A stretch of 64,000 nt of DNA from Candidatus Saccharimonadales bacterium (GCA_035717985.1 DASTHW010000013.1:7656-71655), one strand, 5' to 3'; shown: positions 37,324 through 47,300, counted from the stretch's first letter. The notes: a model not told the origin generated them from the letters alone. Numbers and translations are program-made.

Positions 37324-37920
37324 ATGAAACTGTTGATTATTATTGGCTCAACCCGCCCCGGCCGGCTAACTGAAAGACTGGCCAAATGGGTTGAAGCCAG
37401 TGCCAAAAAACTACCAGAAATTGACGCCGAGCTAGTCGATCTGGCTGATTATCCCCTACCTTTTATGAACGAGCCCAGGAGTCCGCGCTTTAACCCCGAG
37501 CGGCACCTGCCGCCTGAGATTCAAAAGTGGGTCCAAAAAATGGCCGAGGGCGACGCTTACATTTTTGTGACTCCCGAATATAACCATTCCATCCCCGGCG
37601 TACTAAAAAACACCTTAGATTTCATTACCTGGGAGCTGGTCAAAAAGCCGGCTACCATCGTCAGCCACGGTACCGTTGGCGGTGCCCGGGCTACTATGCA
37701 CCTTAAAGAAATTCTTAGTGAGTCCCGCGCGGCTATCATTCCTACGCAGGTAGCTGTCGCCGGCCTGGGCGACAAAATTGACGAGGCCGGCCAGTTATCG
37801 ACCGAGCAAAAAACCCTGGAATACGGCCCGCAAACAGCGCTTGATAATATGCTGGGTGAACTTAGCTGGTACGGCCAAGCTTTGAGCGCCGCCAGAGCCA
37901 AAGACCAGACGTCTAGCTAA
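37324..37920 (+). CDS. NADPH-dependent FMN reductase (ArsH/ChrR-type flavodoxin-fold)
   Basis: MKLLIIIGSTRPGRLTERLAKWV N-terminal flavin-binding signature. Confidence 0.7.
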   Translation: MKLLIIIGSTRPGRLTERLAKWVEASAKKLPEIDAELVDLADYPLPFMNEPRSPRFNPERHLPPEIQKWVQKMAEGDAYIFVTPEYNHSIPGVLKNTLDFITWELVKKPATIVSHGTVGGARATMHLKEILSESRAAIIPTQVAVAGLGDKIDEAGQLSTEQKTLEYGPQTALDNMLGELSWYGQALSAARAKDQTSS

Positions 37921-37923
37921 AAA

Positions 37924-38595
37924 TTAGTCCCAGCGAACCAGCCAATTAGGGCTCTCGACTAAATGTTCGAGCCTAAATTCCAGTTCGCCTAACTGCTTGG
38001 TTAGCTCATCGGGCCCGCTACCCAGCACATTCATAGCTGTAAACGGCTCGTGAACGTTAAAGCCGCAAAAAGCCAAAGTGCCGTAATTAATGTGATGCAG
38101 ACTGCCATTAATATCCACCTTATACATGCCTTCGGGTTTATAAAAATCAGCCGGGCCGCCAGCGGCGGCAATTATCATGGATGATTTGCCACGCATAAGG
38201 CCGGCCTCAAAAATCTTGCCGCTATCCCAGGCTACGCCCATAGCCAGTACGCGGTCATACCAGCCTTTTAATATTGCCGGGCAAGACAGCCACCAGATTG
38301 GAAAGATAAAAAGAACCAGCTCGGCGGCTTTTATCTTCTCAATCTCGCCCAAAATATCCGGTGAGAAGGCCAGATCCAGCCCAGCGGCGTGTTTTTGTTC
38401 GAGCATGTAGTTAAAGTGGCCGCCGCGGGTTGAGACGAAGTCCCATTTCTGGGCCGACGGGCTAAAGCCTTGAGTATAAAGGTCACTCAGCACCACGGTA
38501 TGTCCCTGCCGGCTTAAAACCTCCATGGCTTTATTTTTCATGGCGGCCGTAAAAGACGCTGGCTCATCGTGAGCATAGACGATTAATATGTTCAT
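37924..38595 (-). CDS. NAD(P)H:quinone oxidoreductase (NQO1/DT-diaphorase-like, flavodoxin-2 fold)
   Basis: ILIVYAHDEPASFTAAMKNKAMEVLSRQGHTVVLSDLY and LVLFIFPIWWLSCPAILKGWYDRV align closely in pattern to NQO1-family proteins. Confidence 0.8.
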   Translation of the reverse strand: MNILIVYAHDEPASFTAAMKNKAMEVLSRQGHTVVLSDLYTQGFSPSAQKWDFVSTRGGHFNYMLEQKHAAGLDLAFSPDILGEIEKIKAAELVLFIFPIWWLSCPAILKGWYDRVLAMGVAWDSGKIFEAGLMRGKSSMIIAAAGGPADFYKPEGMYKVDINGSLHHINYGTLAFCGFNVHEPFTAMNVLGSGPDELTKQLGELEFRLEHLVESPNWLVRWD

Positions 38596-38657
38596 CCAGC
38601 TTACATTTTACCGTAAGCGCAATTATTTTTTACTTAACTAATTATTTAGCCGCGGAT

Positions 38658-39098
38658 TTAAACAGCTACGCCAACCGGCTTAACCACCTGGTCCTGCAAG
38701 CGAAAAATCATTTGGCTGATTCGCCAGCTACCATTTGCCGACTTTATTAAGATGTACTCAACCGTGCCGCGGACCGTCCAGGCGTAGCGCTCGCCGCGGT
38801 CAGCTACATAGTGAACATTTTCGACCAAGGTAGTAACTTTTGCCCGGCGCGAATTGACCATGCGAACAGCCAGCCGGCGGATAAAGTGCCGGGTAGCATA
38901 AAAGTAAGAGCCAATTTCGCGGCGCCATTCATTAATTAATCTCTGCTTAGGAATCACTGCCGGCGTCTCGCCGTTTAGGGCCTTGTTATCAATAAACGGT
39001 TTTTTGACAAAATATTCCTCCAGGCGCTCCCACTGCTTCATATCCTGGAGTAAAGCTACACTGTTAACTACATTTTTGATCTGTTCTTTGTCGTTCAC
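38658..39098 (-). CDS. NTF2-like (SnoaL-like) superfamily protein, hypothetical
   Basis: Size and hydrophobic pattern only; a weak call. Confidence 0.4.
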   Translation of the reverse strand: MNDKEQIKNVVNSVALLQDMKQWERLEEYFVKKPFIDNKALNGETPAVIPKQRLINEWRREIGSYFYATRHFIRRLAVRMVNSRRAKVTTLVENVHYVADRGERYAWTVRGTVEYILIKSANGSWRISQMIFRLQDQVVKPVGVAV

Positions 39099-39300
39099 TT
39101 TTATAGCTCCTTATTTGTGCTTTGATTTATAGGCCAGCCAGCTGAGAATTGGCTAAGAATAAGTGGAATTGGCGGACCGGTTAATTATTTTAGCACGCGT
39201 GTTATTGGCCTATACATAAGTATGTCAAAGGCCGGGACAGCATCCAGCACACGGCCCACAAGGCATTGAGCAAAAAACACACTACATAGATATCCATGGA

Positions 39301-39328
39301 CTTCATATGATATAATATTCATATGAAG
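39301..39328. promoter_or_regulatory. perfect 10-8-10 palindrome CTTCATATGA-TATAATAT-TCATATGAAG overlapping a -10 box and the ArsR start codon (candidate ArsR-family operator)
   Basis: Read directly from the sequence. The ATG of the 39323 ArsR gene lies inside the right half-site, and the spacer is itself TATAAT-like. Confidence 0.5.
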
Positions 39329-39628
39329 TATGCAGTGTTTGACGATTTCTTTACGGTACTGGGCAATAAACAGCGTGTCAAAATTTTACAGTATTTAAGT
39401 AAGGAGGGTGATAAAAGTGTAGGTGAAATCAGCCAGCGGTTGAACATGGAACAATCAGCCGTATCGCACAACTTAAGAAGGTTACTCCTCTGCCATTTCG
39501 TTAGCGTGGAGCAGTGCGGCAAAGAGCGGGTTTATTCCATCAACCACGATACTGTCCAACCCTTATTTGAAATGATTGAAGATCACGTCAGCAAGTACTG
39601 CGCCAAGGGCTGTAAACATTGGGAATAA
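39323..39628 (+). CDS. ArsR/SmtB-family transcriptional regulator
   Basis: VKILQYLSKEGDKSVGEISQRLNMEQSAVSHNLRRL HTH signature. Confidence 0.75.
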   Translation: MKYAVFDDFFTVLGNKQRVKILQYLSKEGDKSVGEISQRLNMEQSAVSHNLRRLLLCHFVSVEQCGKERVYSINHDTVQPLFEMIEDHVSKYCAKGCKHWE

Positions 39629-39644
39629 ACAAAGGAGGTGAAAA

Positions 39645-40358
39645 ATGGTCACAAACATCAAACTTATTAAAAAAGAAACCATCGCCAAGGACACAATGGC
39701 CTTCTACTTTGAGAAGCCCGAAGGTTTTGAGTACCGCGCCGGCCAATTTGCCGACTATACGCTGATAGACCCGCCGGAAACTGACGAAGAAGGCAATACA
39801 CGCGGCTTTTCGCTTATTACTGCCCCCTTTGAGGAAAATATAGGCGCGGCCACCCGCCTGCGCGATACGGCCTTCAAACGAGTTCTAAAGAATTTACCAA
39901 TTGGCACCGAGCTTAAGCTTGATGCGCCTTATGGCGACTTTACGCTACATAAGACCGAAACGACTCCGGCGGTGTTTTTGATCGGCGGTATTGGCGTGAC
40001 GCCGGTACGTAGCATGATTGCCCAGGCGACTCATGATAAAACCGGCCACAAGTTAATTTTGCTACATGCCAACCGCGCCCCGATCGACGCGCCGTTCGCC
40101 GCTGACTTTGAGCGCCTTGCTAAAGAAAACCCTAACCTGACCTTTGTGCCGGTAGCAACTGACGAAGCTACCAAGGACTGGGGCGGCGAACGCGGCCATA
40201 TCACGGCCGATATGATTAAGCGGCATGTAGCCGATTTGAACGCGCCAATTTATTATCTGTCCGGCCCCGAGGGCATGGTTAAAGCTATGCGCGGCCTGCT
40301 GGTTAGTATGAACGTGAACGAAGATAACATCCGCACGGAAGAATTTACAGGGTACTAA
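39645..40358 (+). CDS. ferredoxin-NADP+ reductase-like FAD/NAD(P)-binding oxidoreductase
   Basis: RGFSLITAP (RxYS-type FAD motif) and VFLIGGIGVTPVRSM (NAD-binding GGxGxxP). The SD AAAGGAGGTG precedes the ATG. Confidence 0.75.
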   Translation: MVTNIKLIKKETIAKDTMAFYFEKPEGFEYRAGQFADYTLIDPPETDEEGNTRGFSLITAPFEENIGAATRLRDTAFKRVLKNLPIGTELKLDAPYGDFTLHKTETTPAVFLIGGIGVTPVRSMIAQATHDKTGHKLILLHANRAPIDAPFAADFERLAKENPNLTFVPVATDEATKDWGGERGHITADMIKRHVADLNAPIYYLSGPEGMVKAMRGLLVSMNVNEDNIRTEEFTGY

Positions 40359-40416
40359 AGCTTACAGCATTTGCGGGTAACATTGGCCTAATATAGGGCC
40401 CAGAAAGGCGGTATCA

Positions 40417-41409
40417 ATGACTACACCAGAGGCTCCGCTTCCCGGACTTCACTTGCGGCGAGCTATAGCCGCTGAAATTGAACGTGATCCGGTGCTGGTA
40501 TCTGAGTTCGGGGTGGAGCTTAAGCTAGCCCCAGCCGAGTACACCGAGTCGGTAGCGGCTTTATATAGAAACGCCTTTGAGCGCGGCGACTATTTTGCCA
40601 GCCGCTACAGCGACCCGGAAAATCAGATTTTTAGCCCGCAGTGGCTCGAGCAGGAATTTCAAGACCCCGAGCACCTTCGGTTTATCTTTACAGACAGCCA
40701 GGGCATTTTACTGGGCGCGACCGGCTTCTTCCATGACCGGGACAGTACCGCCAGGCCGCTTATGACCAGCGACGCCACCCAAATCGATATTCCCGGCCGC
40801 GGCGAGCACATTATGGGCTACTTCTTTGGGCGCATCGTGCCGATAGTAGAAGCCTGCGGCGATGGAATACTAACCGATTTTGTGCTGACGCCGGAATCAA
40901 AAGGTCTGCGTCGGACTCTCCAGACCGAACTCGGCATGGTGGCGCTCGGTATTCATCCTCATGCCCTACACCACAGAAAACTAGACATCACCCGTAGTGA
41001 GATTTCAGCCGCCAAATATCCGGTTTTGACGCCAAAACCTGTAAGGATCCTACCGGAATTCGAGCCGCTCTACCGTATAGTGCAGTCGCAGTTACCTCTG
41101 CCGGAACCTACTATTTTACCTGTGCAGACAGACAAACTTCCACACTTCACGGAGCAGTCCGCTGAAGTAGTAAGAGAAGTAGATGCAATCGATCCCGAAA
41201 GCCAGAGAGACGCTTTAGCGGCCGGCTGGGCGCCGGTAGAGTTTGACCCGGACAGTAACCTATTCAAAGTAGCGCAGTTCCCCAGTGAACGGCCAGAACT
41301 GGATTTCATACTAACCAACGAGGACGTGCCCGCTAACAAGCTACTTGTCAGATATTTAAACGAGGTTCTGTACGGTCAGGGCCCAGATAAAGGAGGTATA
41401 TATGAGTAG
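40417..41409 (+). CDS. hypothetical protein (330 aa)
   Basis: A long ORF with an RBS. The 3' end overlaps the SDR gene by 8 nt. Confidence 0.5.
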   Translation: MTTPEAPLPGLHLRRAIAAEIERDPVLVSEFGVELKLAPAEYTESVAALYRNAFERGDYFASRYSDPENQIFSPQWLEQEFQDPEHLRFIFTDSQGILLGATGFFHDRDSTARPLMTSDATQIDIPGRGEHIMGYFFGRIVPIVEACGDGILTDFVLTPESKGLRRTLQTELGMVALGIHPHALHHRKLDITRSEISAAKYPVLTPKPVRILPEFEPLYRIVQSQLPLPEPTILPVQTDKLPHFTEQSAEVVREVDAIDPESQRDALAAGWAPVEFDPDSNLFKVAQFPSERPELDFILTNEDVPANKLLVRYLNEVLYGQGPDKGGIYE

Positions 41410-42343
41410 CGCAGAGACGGTAAACTTTAACTTCGAAAACAAAAACGCGTTTGTAACCGGCGCCAGCAAGGGATTGGGCGAACAAATCGGCTTAAAACTA
41501 CTGGAGCGAGGCGTCCACGTAATCGGCGCTTCTCGCACCGGCCCGCCAGAATCATTCCAGCCCTACATCGAACAAGGCCAAGCTGACTACGAACTTGGTG
41601 ATCTGGCGCGTGAGGGCGACCGAGTTATTAGCGATATTTACGAAAAGCATCAGGGCTATGAAATTTTCGTCAATAATGCCGGGGCCTTTTCGCCGGATTA
41701 TTTTACTCATTTAGATCCGGATAAAATCAGAGGTGATTTAGAATTAGACTTAATAACACCGTTACTATTGCATCGCAGTTGGTTTGGGCTCTATGACAAA
41801 TTCCACCCAAACGCTAAAGCTCCGGAATTATCCATAAATATCTGCTCTATTTCCAGTTTCTATGCCTGGCCTGGCGGAACTGCCTACCAGGCGGCCAAAA
41901 CTGGCCTCGGAGCGGCCATCTACGGGCTTAGATCAATGCAGGCATATCTTAACGAACAAGCCCCGGATGAGGTAAAAAGTCAAATTGGACCTTCGGCTAG
42001 CCTGGCTACCAGAATCATCGCCATTTACCCAGACAACGTGGCCACAGGTCTCATCTCCCGAGCACAAGCCGAGTCGCTGTACGAAGTCCAAGGGGAAGCT
42101 CTGCCGCCGGATATAGTGGTACAGACGGTTATGCAGGCCATAGATGGTCAAGGCAAGTTTAGTGAATATGATGATGTGGCTATTTTGGTGAATCCGAATG
42201 AACCGGGCAGTGAAAAGAAACTTAGGGGTGTTTACCTCGGATTCATACCGATTGATGATGAAACTCACCGGCCTAATTTTGCTAGTCGTACTCTGGAAAA
42301 AATTGCCGACGAAGACATTCTGGTGAAGCGGGGTGCATCATGA
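41402..42343 (+). CDS. short-chain dehydrogenase/reductase (SDR) family oxidoreductase with C-terminal extension
   Basis: NAFVTGASKGLGEQIG (TGxxxGxG) and GTAYQAAKTG (YxxxK). Confidence 0.7.
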   Translation: MSSAETVNFNFENKNAFVTGASKGLGEQIGLKLLERGVHVIGASRTGPPESFQPYIEQGQADYELGDLAREGDRVISDIYEKHQGYEIFVNNAGAFSPDYFTHLDPDKIRGDLELDLITPLLLHRSWFGLYDKFHPNAKAPELSINICSISSFYAWPGGTAYQAAKTGLGAAIYGLRSMQAYLNEQAPDEVKSQIGPSASLATRIIAIYPDNVATGLISRAQAESLYEVQGEALPPDIVVQTVMQAIDGQGKFSEYDDVAILVNPNEPGSEKKLRGVYLGFIPIDDETHRPNFASRTLEKIADEDILVKRGAS

Positions 42344-42675
42344 TCAAGATTAAACGGGTTTACGAGCCGTACGACTCAAGCGACGGTAAACGAATTTTGA
42401 TTGACCGGCTATGGCCGCGTGGCCTTAGTAAAGACAAGGCTAAAATTAGCCTCTGGCTGAAAGACATCGCTCCCAGTGCCGAGCTACGAAAGTGGTTTGG
42501 CCATGACCCAGAGAAATGGCCTGAGTTCCAAAAGCGGTACAAAAATGAATTGGACTCCAACAAGGAAAGTGCCGAGGCTCTGCGCCAACAACTAAAGGAC
42601 GGCTCTATCATATTGGTGTATGGCGCTAAGGACGAAAAACACAATGATGCTGTTGTGCTCGCTGAGTATCTTTAA
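42340..42675 (+). CDS. DUF488-family protein
   Basis: MIKIKRVYEPYDSSDGKRILIDRLWPRGLSKDKAKISLWLKDIAPS matches the DUF488 (YeaO-like) signature. It overlaps the SDR stop by 4 nt. Confidence 0.7.
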   Translation: MIKIKRVYEPYDSSDGKRILIDRLWPRGLSKDKAKISLWLKDIAPSAELRKWFGHDPEKWPEFQKRYKNELDSNKESAEALRQQLKDGSIILVYGAKDEKHNDAVVLAEYL

Positions 42676-42763
42676 AGTGATGAGCCACTATGTACGAAAA
42701 GCTTCTCCTTAGTGGCTGGTGGACCAGTAATAGATGTAGGTAAGGGGTCAAGCTTTACCTTCC

Positions 42764-42853
42764 TGGCGGAAGGGGCGGGATTCGAACCCGCGATACGGTT
42801 GCCCGCATACACGCTTTCCAAGCGTGCTCCTTCAACCACTCGGACACCCTTCC
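42764..42853 (-). tRNA. tRNA-Ser (anticodon GGA), CCA encoded
   Basis: Revcomp reads GGAAGGGTGTCCGAGTGGTTGAAGGAGCACGCTTGGAAAGCGTG...GGGTTCGAATCCCGCCCCTTCCGCCA. It has a long variable arm and anticodon loop CTTGGAAAG. Confidence 0.85.
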
Positions 42854-43066
42854 TTATGCACAATATTTTAGCAGAGGCGGTTAAAAGCGGCCTGTCCGCT
42901 AAAAGTCACCGGCCGGTTTGTAGCCTATTTTGCAACTTAAAATATTTGTCGGCGGGCCGGCGTTAAGAGTAGAATTTAGATTAAGAAGAAGCCTTCGGTA
43001 TCCCAAAATCACCGTAATAAGCGAGGGTCGCGGTGGTTTCTTCTTTAGAATTATTAAAAAACGGTT

Positions 43067-43936
43067 ATGGCCCTAATAGAACTACGCGACGTTTCTAAAA
43101 TCTACGGATTTGGCGACGCCACTACCCTGGCGCTGGATGAAATATGTCTGCGCGTAGAGCGGGGCGAATTTGTAGCTTTTATGGGTCCGTCTGGTAGTGG
43201 CAAGACTACTCTTATGAATCTTATCGGCCTGCTTGACCGGCCGGCTGGCGGAGACTACCTGCTAGACGGCCGGCATGTCTCGCGGCTTAAACCAAACCAG
43301 CAGGCCCGCCTGCGCCGGGATCGCATTGGCTTTGTTTTTCAATCTTATAATTTACTACCCCGGCTTAACGTACTGGATAATGTGGCCCTGCCCCTGACCT
43401 ACAAAGGTATGACGCCAGTGCGACGGGCTAAAAAGGCCAGCGATATTTTAGAGCTAGTCGGCATGCGCGACCGTGAATACTTTATGCCCCGGCAGTTGTC
43501 CGGCGGCCAGGCCCAGCGGGTAGCCATCGCCCGGGCGCTAGTAAATAATCCCGGCATTATCATTGCCGACGAGCCCACCGGCAACCTCGACAGCACTGAC
43601 AGCCGAGTACTGATGGAGCTACTTACCGAGATTCACAGCCGCGGCAATACCATCTTGCTAGTGACTCATAATCCAGAGCTTACCCGCTGGGCCAACCGCG
43701 TAATCTACATGCGCGACGGCGTCATTGTCGGCGACGAAAAGACAGCCATCGGCCAAGTGGCTAAAGGCGTCCGCCGGATTTATTACAAACAGCAAAGGGT
43801 TAGCGAGGACGATATTACTGCCGGCGTCTCGGCCCTGATGAAAAAAATGCCTGGTAAAGAAATTACTCTTAGCCTGCCCCGCCGACGTTTGGGTAAAAAG
43901 TCAAAGAAGGGCCGGCGGGCAACTCGGGTGTCGTAA
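43067..43936 (+). CDS. ABC transporter ATP-binding protein (MacB/LolD/FtsE-like) with basic C-terminal tail
   Basis: Walker A GPSGSGKTT, signature LSGGQAQRVAIARAL, Walker B IIIADEPTGNLD. Confidence 0.9.
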   Translation: MALIELRDVSKIYGFGDATTLALDEICLRVERGEFVAFMGPSGSGKTTLMNLIGLLDRPAGGDYLLDGRHVSRLKPNQQARLRRDRIGFVFQSYNLLPRLNVLDNVALPLTYKGMTPVRRAKKASDILELVGMRDREYFMPRQLSGGQAQRVAIARALVNNPGIIIADEPTGNLDSTDSRVLMELLTEIHSRGNTILLVTHNPELTRWANRVIYMRDGVIVGDEKTAIGQVAKGVRRIYYKQQRVSEDDITAGVSALMKKMPGKEITLSLPRRRLGKKSKKGRRATRVS

Positions 43937-43938
43937 TT

Positions 43939-45147
43939 ATGTGGAGCGGCAATTTTAAAACAGCGGTCTCAGCTCTTCGCCAAAGCAAGTGGCGCAGTAT
44001 GCTAACCATGCTTGGTATTATCATCGGCATCAGTTCGGTGGTAACCATTGTTAGCCTGGGCGAGGGGCTAAAAACCCAGATTGTCGGCCAGGTAGCCAAT
44101 TTAGGAAGCGGCGTCGTTACCGTCCGTCCCGGCAAACTAATCAACGGTAACAGTTTAAATTATTTGGCCCTTTTAAATAGCAGTAATTTAACGACGGCTG
44201 ATTTAAAATCGCTTAATTCCATACCGTCGGCGCAGGCCGTTGTGCCTCTGGATTTTGTCACCAGCTCGGCCAAAGGCGACTCCGGCGAGCTGGATAATAT
44301 CTTTGTGGCCGGCACCACCAGCCAGTTCTCCCAGGTAGTCCGCCAAGATGTTAATTACGGCGAATTTTTTCCCAGCACCGACGATTTTCAAAACGTGGCC
44401 GTCATTGGCCCGGAGGTAGCTATGAAACTATTTGGTCAACCGTCGCCAATCGGCCATACACTTATCATCAACGGCCAGCCGTTCATCGTCCACGGCGTTT
44501 TTAAAGCCTCCAGCAACAGCTTTTTATCGGTCGCCCAAGCCGATTTAAACTCATCCATCCTCATTCCTTTCGGCTCGGCCAGCCAGCTAACCGGCGGCAC
44601 CACCAATATTTTGGAGATTTTTGTTAAGTCTAAAAACTCTAACCTAGTCGACCAGACCATAGCCCAAGCCGGCAGTGTACTAACTAAAAACCACGGCCAG
44701 ACCGACTTTACAGTCTTAAAACAACAGCAGTTACTGACCGTTGCCGGTAATTTAATAAATACGGCCGCCGGCTTTGTTACGGCAATAGCCGCCATTTCCC
44801 TGCTGGTGGGCGGTATCGGCATTATGGATATCATGCTAGTTAGCGTCAGCGAGCGTAACCGCGAGATCGGTATCAGAAAAGCGATTGGCGCGACTAACCG
44901 TCAAATCTTAAGCCAATTTCTAACCGAGGGCCTGGCTCTAACCGTTTGCGGCGGCCTGCTGGGCATTTTAGTGTCTCTGGCCGTTAATGGCCTATTAAGG
45001 CTCTATACGTCTTGGGAGCCGGCTGTAAACCCCTGGATAATGGCCCTGGCGGCCGGAGTGTCTATAGCCTTAGGACTCATATTTAGTACGGTGCCGGCGC
45101 TTAAAGCCGCCCGCAAAGACCCCATCGACGCCCTCCGCGGCGACTAG
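43939..45147 (+). CDS. ABC transporter permease, FtsX/MacB-like
   Basis: N-terminal TM, a large periplasmic domain and a C-terminal FtsX 3-TM bundle. It starts 2 nt after the ATPase stop. Confidence 0.85.
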   Translation: MWSGNFKTAVSALRQSKWRSMLTMLGIIIGISSVVTIVSLGEGLKTQIVGQVANLGSGVVTVRPGKLINGNSLNYLALLNSSNLTTADLKSLNSIPSAQAVVPLDFVTSSAKGDSGELDNIFVAGTTSQFSQVVRQDVNYGEFFPSTDDFQNVAVIGPEVAMKLFGQPSPIGHTLIINGQPFIVHGVFKASSNSFLSVAQADLNSSILIPFGSASQLTGGTTNILEIFVKSKNSNLVDQTIAQAGSVLTKNHGQTDFTVLKQQQLLTVAGNLINTAAGFVTAIAAISLLVGGIGIMDIMLVSVSERNREIGIRKAIGATNRQILSQFLTEGLALTVCGGLLGILVSLAVNGLLRLYTSWEPAVNPWIMALAAGVSIALGLIFSTVPALKAARKDPIDALRGD

Positions 45148-45158
45148 AAGCCGACCTA

Positions 45159-46187
45159 CTACCCGAGTTCTTTTTTGAACTTTTCGACTAAATCTACCGG
45201 CGCCGGGTTGACGCCGTTTAATAGTGCTAGATAGATGCTGACAAAATCGCCAAAAGCCGTAGTCCAAACCAACTGCTCAAGTAAATTTTCGCCCTCGGCG
45301 TTAACGACATTAGGCGCCGGCCGAAGGCCGGACAGCAGTTTTTCGCCTACCTCAAAGCGCTTTTGGACGCGCGGGTTTTCTAAGTTACTTCTTAGCTCGA
45401 CTACGCCGTACGGCTTTTGAATGGGGTGACTGCTCCAGCCGGTCAGCTCGTTATGGTCAAACTCCGGCAGTTCGTTCCACCAGGCTACGTTTTTGGCATT
45501 CTCATTAAAGCTGATTTTCCATTTATAGGCGGCCGGCGCCAGCAGTGGCCCGGCGTAAATGGCGGGCGCCTTGCCAGCCAGCTCTTGAGCAAGCAATTTA
45601 GCCGGGTTTTGGCTCTGAGGTACCGTGGGCACCCAAGCTTTGACTTTTTCCGCTAAAAACTGGCCGGCTTTTTCCAGCTGGCGGACGGTTTCAACTTCGT
45701 TGACCAGGCCGGCATCCTCGAGGATGGTCAAAAGGGCCACCAGATTATAAAAAACGGCATAGCGTGGCTGTTCGGCCTTGGGTAGTTTCAAATAAGGATA
45801 GCCTTTGGCTAAGGCTATCTCTTCTAATTTGCCGCCGCCGGCAATTACGGCAATAGTAGCCTTTTTCTGTTCGGCTTCGCTAAGAGCTGAAAGTGTTTCC
45901 TCAGTATTGCCAGAGTAGCTAGCGGCAATAAATAGAGTATTCTCGCCCACATAGGCCGGTATGTGATACTGCCGGCAAACTTCAAACGGCAGGCGGTAGC
46001 CAGGCCAGCTGTGGCTTAAAAGGGCCGCCAGGGCCGAGCCGCCCATGCCGGCGTAAACAATGTTGGCAAAACTGCCGGGGATCCGAGGCCGCTCAAACTG
46101 GTAGGATAATTGGGCGCTTTGGCGCTCGGCTATACCCAGCGCGTCCGAGCCGTCCCGCTGGTGAATATATTTAAGATCATCAAGCAT
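45159..46187 (-). CDS. bifunctional phosphoglucose/phosphomannose isomerase (archaeal-type SIS-domain PGI/PMI)
   Basis: SIS domain NTLFIAASYSGNTEETLSAL; 342 aa, consistent with the PGI/PMI family. Confidence 0.75.
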   Translation of the reverse strand: MLDDLKYIHQRDGSDALGIAERQSAQLSYQFERPRIPGSFANIVYAGMGGSALAALLSHSWPGYRLPFEVCRQYHIPAYVGENTLFIAASYSGNTEETLSALSEAEQKKATIAVIAGGGKLEEIALAKGYPYLKLPKAEQPRYAVFYNLVALLTILEDAGLVNEVETVRQLEKAGQFLAEKVKAWVPTVPQSQNPAKLLAQELAGKAPAIYAGPLLAPAAYKWKISFNENAKNVAWWNELPEFDHNELTGWSSHPIQKPYGVVELRSNLENPRVQKRFEVGEKLLSGLRPAPNVVNAEGENLLEQLVWTTAFGDFVSIYLALLNGVNPAPVDLVEKFKKELG

Positions 46188-46285
46188 CTAAATCCATTTT
46201 ACATTTACCATTTAGCATTAGCCATTTAATTATTCACATTGGCCAATAAAGTTGTGCTTATCGACTGAAAAATGTAAATTGATAA

Positions 46286-46687
46286 GTGATAAATGACAAT
46301 CGCCCGCTGGCCGGGCTAGGGGGTGGAATGGTTCCAAACGATAACAGCACTCAAACGACGCCAAGCTTGCCGCTGACCCAGGATGGCGCTGATCAGGCGC
46401 CGGCTCAAAACCCCATTAGTGCTAGTGGTGTCGAACCGGCTGGCGATAATCTCCTAGATATTAAAAAACAGGCCCTGCAAAACCTGGCGCCCCTGATCAA
46501 TCAGTTAGAGCTGGCCCCGCCAGAGAAATTTAAAACGCTGATGATGCTTATTCAGGCTAGTGACAATCCAGCTCTGATTAAAGACGCTTACCACGCCGCC
46601 AACCAAATTTCTGACAATAAAGCTAAGGCCCAGGCCTTAATCGACGTGGTTAACGAGATTAATTACTTTACCAAAAACCAAAAATAA
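46286..46687 (+). CDS. hypothetical protein
   Basis: Probable start at the internal Met (46328, MVPNDNST), preceded by GGGGGTGG. No recognisable domain. Confidence 0.45.
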   Translation: MINDNRPLAGLGGGMVPNDNSTQTTPSLPLTQDGADQAPAQNPISASGVEPAGDNLLDIKKQALQNLAPLINQLELAPPEKFKTLMMLIQASDNPALIKDAYHAANQISDNKAKAQALIDVVNEINYFTKNQK

Positions 46688-46691
46688 AACT

Positions 46692-47000
46692 TTAGTGTCC
46701 GGACTGCAGGTTTGTGGGCGGCGGTTTTGGCAGGTTGTTAGTCTGAGCCGGCGCCGGCGTCTGATGATTGCCGCCGCGGTTAACCGCCCAGCTAATTAAA
46801 AGCCCGATTAGTACGGCCAAAGCTAGAGCCGCTATCAGCAGGGCTATCAGCATCGGCAGGTTTTGGCCAGACTTAGCCGCCTCGCCGGTGGCGATTGGAT
46901 AGTCAGCTCCGGGCTCTATTTGCTTTGAGCCATCTGGTTCTGCCAGCTTTTTAGGCTCCTTTTCCTCAACCGGAAGTATGTATTTGTGGTACCAAGCCAT
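46692..47000 (-). CDS. small membrane protein, hypothetical
   Basis: TM helix LPMLIALLIAALALAVLIGLLISWAV. Confidence 0.45.
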   Translation of the reverse strand: MAWYHKYILPVEEKEPKKLAEPDGSKQIEPGADYPIATGEAAKSGQNLPMLIALLIAALALAVLIGLLISWAVNRGGNHQTPAPAQTNNLPKPPPTNLQSGH

Positions 47001-47277
47001 ATTAATTCCCTTCTTATTAATACCCTACCACAATAAAACTCCAGAGGTTTTACCCTCCGGAGTTTTATTTTTTTGGCAAGGTTTTTCTTTGCCTTTATAT
47101 TACTACACTCGTGCCGGCTTTGTCCTGGCCAATTTCAGATAAAGCTGTTGTGATTTATAGAATTTCCACAAAGCCAACCGGCCGTTTTGCTCGAGGGAAA
47201 GGTACCAGCGGCGATCCGCCGATGGAATTTTCTCGGGAAGATAGTCCGAGCTCGGATTCATTCCGAGCCCGGCTCTG

Positions 47278-47300
47278 GTAAGAAACCCCGAAGGGGTGTC
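47278..47300 (-). terminator. groEL intrinsic terminator (CCCC-UUCG-GGGG hairpin + U-rich tract on minus strand)
   Basis: Revcomp of 47281-47300 is GACACCCCTTCGGGGTTTCT, immediately after the groEL stop. Confidence 0.5.
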
